Source: Natronoglycomyces albus
GTDB taxonomy: Bacteria; Actinomycetota; Actinomycetes; Mycobacteriales; Micromonosporaceae
NCBI RefSeq assembly: GCF_016925535.1
Contig: NZ_CP070496.1
Span: forward strand, 3,694,257-3,758,256
DNA: 64,000 bases
Direction of reading: 5' to 3'
The position numbers were made by a program, and so were the translations under genes. Positions 58,257 to 64,000 of the stretch are shown here, in pieces (positions within the stretch are counted from its first letter, which is position 1; every line of letters starts with the position of its first letter). Below the pieces are notes generated by a model. That model searched no databases, had not been told where the DNA came from, and was given only the letters and a program-made list of their open reading frames with translations.

Positions 58257-59633
58257 TCATGCTCGGGCGGAGAATATGTCGGCTGCGGTGAAGGTCCAGA
58301 CTTCCTCGGGTGCGTCCTCGACTGATTCGCGGGCGGCGATGGCGAACCGAAGGGTTTCCGGGTCGTCGACTAGGTTCGTGGCTTTGGTTCGCATGCGGTT
58401 GAGAAGACGTTGAGCCCGAACTTTTTTTGCCCACTTGGCTTCCCCGACCAGGACGGGAGTTCTCCCCCTTCCCGCCAAGACCACGGCGTCGAGTTCGTCT
58501 TTTCCGTCTCCGCGCCACCATGGGCCGATGTCGACGGTTTCAGGGTCAATTTCTACTGCGCGAAGCGATAGGTGGTCGCGGAATGCCTGCTCCCAGGCGA
58601 TACCCATGAAATCGTCAAGTGAAGACATGACGGCAGGAAGGACCGTTTCGGGTGAACCGGCCTCTATCCTGGAGTGATACCTCATGAGTACACCTAGATG
58701 AAAGCGCAGAAAGCTGTCCCTGATGCGATAAATTCTCCGTCGATGCTTTGCCGGATCTTCGGTTACGGGTATAACGCGGTCGATCAGGCGCAGTTGAGTC
58801 AACCTCTCGATGGTGCGCGTTGGGTCAGTGCCCACTGCGTCAGCAATCTCGTGGAATCGGGTTCGTCCAGCGGCGATCGCGGAAAGGACTTGGCTGGTTA
58901 GTCGACCGGAGCCAAGTTCTGTGGCAAGGACGAGTTTGCCCTCGTTGTACAAGGGTGTTTCACCGCTGAGCAGGAGCCGGGTCAGGTTTTCGCCGATGGT
59001 GGCGTCTTGGTCCCACATGGTCAAATAGAGCGGAATACCTCCCAGAATGCCGTAAACAAGTGCCCGGTCGGCTGGAGATAGCCGGGTGAGTATCTCTGAC
59101 ACTTCGTGGGGGCGGAATGGGTGGAGCTGCATAGTCAGGTCGAACCGGCCGTAGAGGGGAGCACGGTACTCCTGCATCTGCCACATAGCCCTCATAGATG
59201 AACCGCTCAAGAGAATCTTAAGTTTGGGTTGACCGCCATGCCGGTCGAGCTCTGCGCGCATGAGACCAGGGAGCTCAGGGCTGCCGGCCAGGAGTTCAGG
59301 GAACTCGTCTAGGACCAGTAGCAAGGGAGCTTCCTCGGCTCGTGCCGCTAGGAACCGAAAAGCGTCTCTCCAGTCGCGGAACGGCTGTTCGATGAGATCT
59401 CGTTCCGGGGTGCTGAGAAAGGCTGCTTCTTCAGACAGTCCTTGCAGCTCTAGTTCGGCAGTCCCACCAATTCCGGTGTAAAAGACCATGCGTTTGTCTT
59501 GGGCGAAGTGCGTGATCAGGGCTGTCTTCCCGACGCGGCGACGGCCCCAGATGAGTCCGGGCCTTGATCGTTCAGCCTTCCACCACCGGTCGAGTGTTGC
59601 GAGTTCGGACCTTCTGTTAACAAAACCAGCCAT
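58257..59633 (-). CDS. archaeal-type AAA ATPase with C-terminal DUF234 domain (COG1672-like ATP-binding protein)
   Basis: It has P-loop GRRRVGKTALI and Walker B LLLVLDEFPEL, with a C-terminal DUF234-like region. It is 458 aa. Confidence 0.75.
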   Translation of the reverse strand: MAGFVNRRSELATLDRWWKAERSRPGLIWGRRRVGKTALITHFAQDKRMVFYTGIGGTAELELQGLSEEAAFLSTPERDLIEQPFRDWRDAFRFLAARAEEAPLLLVLDEFPELLAGSPELPGLMRAELDRHGGQPKLKILLSGSSMRAMWQMQEYRAPLYGRFDLTMQLHPFRPHEVSEILTRLSPADRALVYGILGGIPLYLTMWDQDATIGENLTRLLLSGETPLYNEGKLVLATELGSGRLTSQVLSAIAAGRTRFHEIADAVGTDPTRTIERLTQLRLIDRVIPVTEDPAKHRRRIYRIRDSFLRFHLGVLMRYHSRIEAGSPETVLPAVMSSLDDFMGIAWEQAFRDHLSLRAVEIDPETVDIGPWWRGDGKDELDAVVLAGRGRTPVLVGEAKWAKKVRAQRLLNRMRTKATNLVDDPETLRFAIAARESVEDAPEEVWTFTAADIFSARA

Positions 59634-59635
59634 AG

Positions 59636-59677
59636 ATGTAGCCTATGCTGCATGTAGGCTACATTGTATGTAGGTTA
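59636..59677. promoter_or_regulatory. operator-like repeat cluster at the DUF234 ATPase start: perfect 10-bp inverted repeat ATGTAGCCTA-N9-TAGGCTACAT plus a third direct copy ATGTAGGTTA
   Basis: Read directly. The first half-site begins 3 nt after the start codon on the opposite strand. It is a candidate autoregulatory site. Confidence 0.4.
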
Positions 59678-59807
59678 GGCACTTGCGGACCCGACTCAGC
59701 TGCGCCGCGACAAGCTCTTCGGGCTCGACTGTTGTTCCGATGCTGGCCAGGAACCCACTTGGAACCGCAAGATTCCATATAGCCCTTCGCTACGCAAAAA
59801 TCTTTGC

Positions 59808-62297
59808 CTAAAACACCGGGCGGCGAAGGGCAAATCGAGTGGGCAGCAGCACCGCGACCACGGTGATAGCCACGCTACCGATCACTACCACTGGCAGCAG
59901 CCACCAAGGCAACGTGGGCTCAAAACTGCCGGTCAGCCCATGGCTAAACGGGACCAAGGTGGCTGCGGCGATCAACAAACCCATAAAAGTCCCCCATAGG
60001 GCGATCACAACCGCCTCCCACCGCATCATGCGCCTGATCTGGGTTCCGGTTGCTCCGACCAGACGCAGCAACCGGAAGTCCCCACGGCGTTCGCCCGTTG
60101 CCAGGACCAGGCTGTTAACCGCCGCGGCCACCATGAACGCCACCAGCAAGCCCACGAACATCAAGTTGACCGGCTGCTCGGTGTCGACCGCCGCCGCCTC
60201 CTTCCGTGCCTCATAGGCCGCGCGATCCAAGGACTGAGCGCCAGGAATGGAGGCCACGAACTCAGTATCGACTTCTCCAGCGATGAGCACCTGAGTTGCG
60301 GCGGGTTCGGTCAAGAACGCGCTGACATGGTCGATGTCGACAACAACATCACCGAAACCAAGGGACCTTTCGTAAATGGCTCCCACCTCGACCGAGTCTT
60401 TAGTCCCGTCGCCCCACCACACGTCGAGTGAGTCCGAGACGCCCGACCCAGTAGTCCGCGCCAATTCCCGTGAAATCCCCACCACGGTCCCGGCTACCGC
60501 CTCAAGTGATCCATCAGAGACATCAAGATCGAGCACGTCGCCAATCCCGTCGGCCGAGACGGCCACCGCAGCACCCATCTGAAAGTACGGTTCGTCGAAC
60601 GTCTCCGTCCGCATCACCCCTGCGGTCGTCGGCTGGAACGCAACCACAGCCTCGCTGCCCGGCACGTCGCGAATTCGCCTCAGCAAATCCCCCGAGATAC
60701 CCGCAGGCGCTTCGATCACGAAATCGGCCTGGAACCGGTCGCGGTCCTGCTGATCGGTGGCCGCGGATTCGGTGCTCTGCACACCGATCATCACCACGGA
60801 CAACGCGCTGGCCAGCGCCAAGGGGGTCGCGGCTGAGGCGAGTCGTCGTGTCCGGGTGCGCAGGTGCGCTTTGGCGAGGAACCCGGCCACGTCTAGCCGG
60901 CCGACTATGGCTCCGCCAAGGTAGGCCGGAATTCGGGCCAGGATCGGGCCAACTGCGGCAATACCGCACAACAGCAGCAGCATGACTCCGACACTCGCGG
61001 CTGCGCCGTCCTCGCCTGGGAGCCTGCCAGCCAGGAAGCTTAGACCCAGACCGCCAATGATCAATACGAATCCGAGCAGCGTGCGGAGGAGCCCGATGCG
61101 ACGTGGTTCCAACGTTGCCTCGGCCACGGCCGCAGTTGGGTGGATCCGCGCGGACCGGCGGCTACCGAACCAGGCTGCGGTCACTGCGGCGACGATACTG
61201 GCGCCTGTAGCGATGAGGACAGGGTAGGCACTCCAGCGCAGTACCGTGTCTGGTCTGATCACCCCGACCGTTTGCAGGACGCCGAACATGATCTGTCCTA
61301 GCAGCAGGCCCGGAAGGGCACCGAGGATGCCCGCGAGCACTGCGAGGATCGCGGCCTCGGCGACCAGCATGCGCCGCACTTGGCGGGTTGTGGCCCCGAT
61401 CGCTCGCATCATGGCGGTCTCGCGGGAACGTTGCATGATCGTCATGCCAAGGGTCGCCATGACTACGAAGATCGACAGGATCAGTGCGGTCCCGCCGAAC
61501 CCGCCGCCGAGTTCGATCAACTCGGCGTCCAGTCCGAACTGCGCAAGCGCTTCGGGCCGGGATCGGTCGGGTCCGCTGAATATGGTTGCTCGATCGGGCA
61601 GTATTGCCGCGATATTGTTCGCGGTCTCGTCTAGGTCGGCACCGTCGGTGAGGAAGACGCCGATAGCGTCTGCGCGGTCTGGATTGAGGGTCAACGAGGC
61701 GAGTCGCTCATCGGTGAAGAAGACCGCTTGCAGCCGATCTGCCGGGCGGTCACTGGCGTTGGCGATTCCGACCACTGTGAGGTCAAGGCCTCCTTCGGAG
61801 GTTCCGACCCGGACGGTGTCGCCCACTGACCAGCCTGTTGCGGATGTGATCCGTTGGTCCACGGCGATTTCGGCTTCGGTTTGTGGGGCTCGCCCGTCGG
61901 TCATGGCGAGGGGCCACAGCTCGGCACTGTTCCAGCTCTGCCCGACGGCAGTCTCGGCATTGTCCCCGTCGCCGACAGTGACGGTCACTGCCCGATCGAC
62001 CACGACGTTCTCGACCCCGTCGATGGCGGCTATGTCGCTGGCGAGGCTTGAGTCGAGCTGCACGCGTTCGGTGAGCAAGGTTGAATCTCCGTCGCCGTGC
62101 GGCGGTGCCATGCGTTGGTCACCGGCCACGACGAGGTCGGTGGCGGCGAATCGCTCGGGAGTAACTTGGCCGCGCATCCCCGTTTCCACGAGTACTCCGC
62201 TGGCTGTGACAACAGTGACCGCCATGGTGAGGACGAGGAGGCTGCTGACGAACGTGCGCATCCGTCCCCGGACGGTCTGCATGGCGATCTGGAGCAT
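59808..62297 (-). CDS. ABC transporter permease with two FtsX domains (MacB/DevC-like)
   Basis: It is 829 aa with 8-10 TM helices in two FtsX-type bundles, each preceded by a large extracytoplasmic domain. Confidence 0.85.
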   Translation of the reverse strand: MLQIAMQTVRGRMRTFVSSLLVLTMAVTVVTASGVLVETGMRGQVTPERFAATDLVVAGDQRMAPPHGDGDSTLLTERVQLDSSLASDIAAIDGVENVVVDRAVTVTVGDGDNAETAVGQSWNSAELWPLAMTDGRAPQTEAEIAVDQRITSATGWSVGDTVRVGTSEGGLDLTVVGIANASDRPADRLQAVFFTDERLASLTLNPDRADAIGVFLTDGADLDETANNIAAILPDRATIFSGPDRSRPEALAQFGLDAELIELGGGFGGTALILSIFVVMATLGMTIMQRSRETAMMRAIGATTRQVRRMLVAEAAILAVLAGILGALPGLLLGQIMFGVLQTVGVIRPDTVLRWSAYPVLIATGASIVAAVTAAWFGSRRSARIHPTAAVAEATLEPRRIGLLRTLLGFVLIIGGLGLSFLAGRLPGEDGAAASVGVMLLLLCGIAAVGPILARIPAYLGGAIVGRLDVAGFLAKAHLRTRTRRLASAATPLALASALSVVMIGVQSTESAATDQQDRDRFQADFVIEAPAGISGDLLRRIRDVPGSEAVVAFQPTTAGVMRTETFDEPYFQMGAAVAVSADGIGDVLDLDVSDGSLEAVAGTVVGISRELARTTGSGVSDSLDVWWGDGTKDSVEVGAIYERSLGFGDVVVDIDHVSAFLTEPAATQVLIAGEVDTEFVASIPGAQSLDRAAYEARKEAAAVDTEQPVNLMFVGLLVAFMVAAAVNSLVLATGERRGDFRLLRLVGATGTQIRRMMRWEAVVIALWGTFMGLLIAAATLVPFSHGLTGSFEPTLPWWLLPVVVIGSVAITVVAVLLPTRFALRRPVF

Positions 62298-63046
62298 TAG
62301 CGCACCGCCGGACCGGTGATGCGGGTCAGCTCGGCCGCTATTGCCTCGGCCGGTGAGGCGGGCAGAGTTCTCACGATCCGCCCATCGGCCAGAAACAGGA
62401 CGGCGTCGGCATGCGAGGCTACCTGTGGGTCGTGAGTGACCATGATGATCGTCTGGCCGCTCTCGTCGACCGTTGCACGGAATATCTCAAGTACCTCTCG
62501 GCCGCTTCGTAGGTCGAGCGCGCCAGTTGGTTCGTCGGCGAACATCACCTCAGGCTGGGTGACTACCGCTCGGGCGACTGCGACTCGCTGCTGTTGTCCG
62601 CCGGATAGTTCGGCGGGCCGCCTGTGCGCGAACTCGGCTAGGCCGACCTGCCGAAGCGCTGCGTCGATGAGACGGTCGTCGATCGCCGTCCCATTCAAAC
62701 GCAGTGGTAGTTCGACATTCTGCGTCACTGTCAGTGCCGACATCAGGTTGAATTGCTGGAACACGAATCCGATCCGCTGGCGGCGTAGGATCGTGCGTTT
62801 CTGTTCACTGAGCCGCGTGAGGTCGGTGTCGCCCAGCCACACCCGACCGCGTTGTGGCCGATCAAGCCCGGCGGCGCACTGCAACAGTGTGCTTTTCCCG
62901 GAACCCGAGGGCCCCATGATGGCCGTGAAGGTGCCGACGCGGAATGCCTGGGAGACCTCGCGAAGCGCTTGAACGGGTGGTTTTCCCGGGTAGCTCTTAC
63001 TGACTGACTCAAGCCAGACAGCGGCCCCGGCATTGGAACGTGACAT
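62297..63046 (-). CDS. ABC transporter ATP-binding protein (MacB/LolD-like)
   Basis: It has Walker A GPSGSGKST, signature LSGGQQQRVAVARA and Walker B MFADEPT. The start was set at MSRSNAG. Its stop overlaps the permease start. Confidence 0.9.
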   Translation of the reverse strand: MSRSNAGAAVWLESVSKSYPGKPPVQALREVSQAFRVGTFTAIMGPSGSGKSTLLQCAAGLDRPQRGRVWLGDTDLTRLSEQKRTILRRQRIGFVFQQFNLMSALTVTQNVELPLRLNGTAIDDRLIDAALRQVGLAEFAHRRPAELSGGQQQRVAVARAVVTQPEVMFADEPTGALDLRSGREVLEIFRATVDESGQTIIMVTHDPQVASHADAVLFLADGRIVRTLPASPAEAIAAELTRITGPAVR

Positions 63047-63155
63047 AGCGATGACGCTAGCTCGCGTTGAGGCGGGCACGCATCGACAGTGGGACGGATC
63101 GTTTCTCCCACTTAAGACGGAGGCGACCGTCTGCGTCGCTGCGTACGCTGAATTC

Positions 63156-64000
63156 ATGTTCCGAGAAAGCGCTGTGCTCCGTAGCCCGCGATACCGTGTG
63201 CTCGTCGACGTGTTCGGCGCTGCTGTTTTCGTGGTGTTTGCTGTGGACAGTGCTCGGATGGAGGGGCAGACTGGCGGGCTCGGCGTCACCCGCGATCTCG
63301 GAGTGGACACCGTTATCCTCGTGCTCGCCATGACAGTCCCATTGGCCGTTCGTCGTCAGTTTCCGCGTTCGGTCGCTGTCGTCACGAGTGCCGCTGCGGC
63401 TGTCGCCGTTGCCGCTGGTCACCCGATTGGCATCGGCCCCCTGGGCGCGGTACTGGCTTTGTTCAGCCTGGCTTACCTGACACCTGTCCGCTCGACCGTC
63501 GGGGTGGGATTGCCCGCCTGCCTGGCCCTTAGTGGGAGTCTAATCTGGACCACTGGCATTTCCTACCTCACGGTGACCGTTGGCAACACCATTTTGATCC
63601 CTCTGGCCGTTGTCGCCGGAGCGCTCCTGCGCCTACGCGGCGAACAGCGCGAGATGCTCCTAGCGCAGAATCGTGAACTCGAAGCCGCTCGTGCGGCGCA
63701 CATCCGGTCGGCTGTCAAGGAAGAGCGACTGCGGATCGCCCGCGAGGTCCACGACGCTGTGGGCCATTCCTTGGTGGGAATCACCCTTCAGGCAAGAGCG
63801 GCTGGCAAACGGATCGAGCATGATCCGGCTCGCGCTGCCGCGTCACTGGAGGAGATCGAGAGCCTGGCGCAGAGCGCGCTGGACGAGACTCGGTTGGCGG
63901 TCTCGACGATCCGCCAGGGTGCCGCGCCAACCGGTCCCTCCCTACAGCTCAATGAGGCGAGCCTGTCGGTGCTCGTCCAGGCTATGAGTGGACCGGATCA
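63156..64000 (+). CDS. sensor histidine kinase, HisKA_3 family (NarX/DesK/LiaS-like), truncated by the window end
   Basis: The ATG is at 63156. It has 4-5 N-terminal TM helices and then an H-box EERLRIAREVHDAVGHSL. There is no stop before position 64000. It is divergent from the ABC operon. Confidence 0.7.
   Translation, partial: MFRESAVLRSPRYRVLVDVFGAAVFVVFAVDSARMEGQTGGLGVTRDLGVDTVILVLAMTVPLAVRRQFPRSVAVVTSAAAAVAVAAGHPIGIGPLGAVLALFSLAYLTPVRSTVGVGLPACLALSGSLIWTTGISYLTVTVGNTILIPLAVVAGALLRLRGEQREMLLAQNRELEAARAAHIRSAVKEERLRIAREVHDAVGHSLVGITLQARAAGKRIEHDPARAAASLEEIESLAQSALDETRLAVSTIRQGAAPTGPSLQLNEASLSVLVQAMSGPD

Noticed and set aside
55500-59700. Looking for an integrase or transposase to explain the tRNA-Phe islet and the att-like repeats
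   Set aside because: No ORF in or next to the islet shows tyrosine or serine recombinase, DDE or HUH motifs. Mobility must be historical or in trans.
63057-63422. A 121-aa minus-strand ORF between the ABC ATPase and the window end
   Set aside because: It overlaps the N-terminal TM region of a plus-strand sensor kinase that is open to the window edge and has a canonical H-box. The kinase is invisible in the ORF track only because it lacks a stop.
1-64000. CRISPR arrays and other short tandem interspersed repeats
   Set aside because: No regularly spaced direct repeats with unique spacers were seen. The only tandem repeats are coding (acidic tail of the BRCT-like protein) or the att-like tRNA fragments.

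Overview
This is a high-GC (about 65-70%) actinobacterial chromosome segment that mixes housekeeping genes with several accessory modules. The housekeeping genes are clpB preceded by an HspR-type inverted repeat, serS, pheA, tRNA-Glu, tRNA-Asp, tRNA-Phe, an acyl-CoA dehydrogenase, a TlpA/ResA-like thioredoxin with CcdA, and two Cof-type HAD phosphatases. Three accessory modules stand out. First, at about 3.9-14.0 kb, a long plus-strand gene string starts at an AT-rich promoter/operator region; it comprises a 26-codon precursor-like mini-ORF followed by a hairpin, an unknown 371-aa protein, an M20 peptidase, a Bacillus-like type-1 OMP decarboxylase, a BtpA-family TIM-barrel protein, a dTMP-kinase-like P-loop kinase, two unknown proteins (GNAT-like and nucleotidyltransferase-like), and an ABC-2 exporter, which looks like an undescribed peptide/nucleotide biosynthetic or modification locus. 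Second, at 21.3-25.1 kb, a complete conservon (cvnA-D) is followed by a GAF protein. Third, at 25.7-34.0 kb, a membrane module runs NfeD/YqiJ-like, then a flotillin (SPFH), then a giant 1671-aa AAA+ ATPase, ending in a perfect 20-bp-stem terminator. At 55.4-58.0 kb a 2.4-kb islet lies between a complete tRNA-Phe and a 57-nt direct repeat of its 3' end; it has no integrase and carries an AbiL-like two-gene module (AAA_21 ATPase plus RloB/TOPRIM-like protein), and is followed by a DUF234 archaeal-type ATPase. A roughly 100-bp repeat with inverted termini occurs twice in this islet region. The window ends with a MacB-like ABC transporter divergent from a HisKA_3 sensor kinase that is truncated at the window edge. 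There is also a 20-bp duplication of the tRNA-Asp 3' end only 215 bp downstream of that gene, which looks like a scar of a lost integrative element. No CRISPR array, transposase or integrase gene was seen. Many long antisense ORFs in the track are GC-driven artefacts and were rejected.
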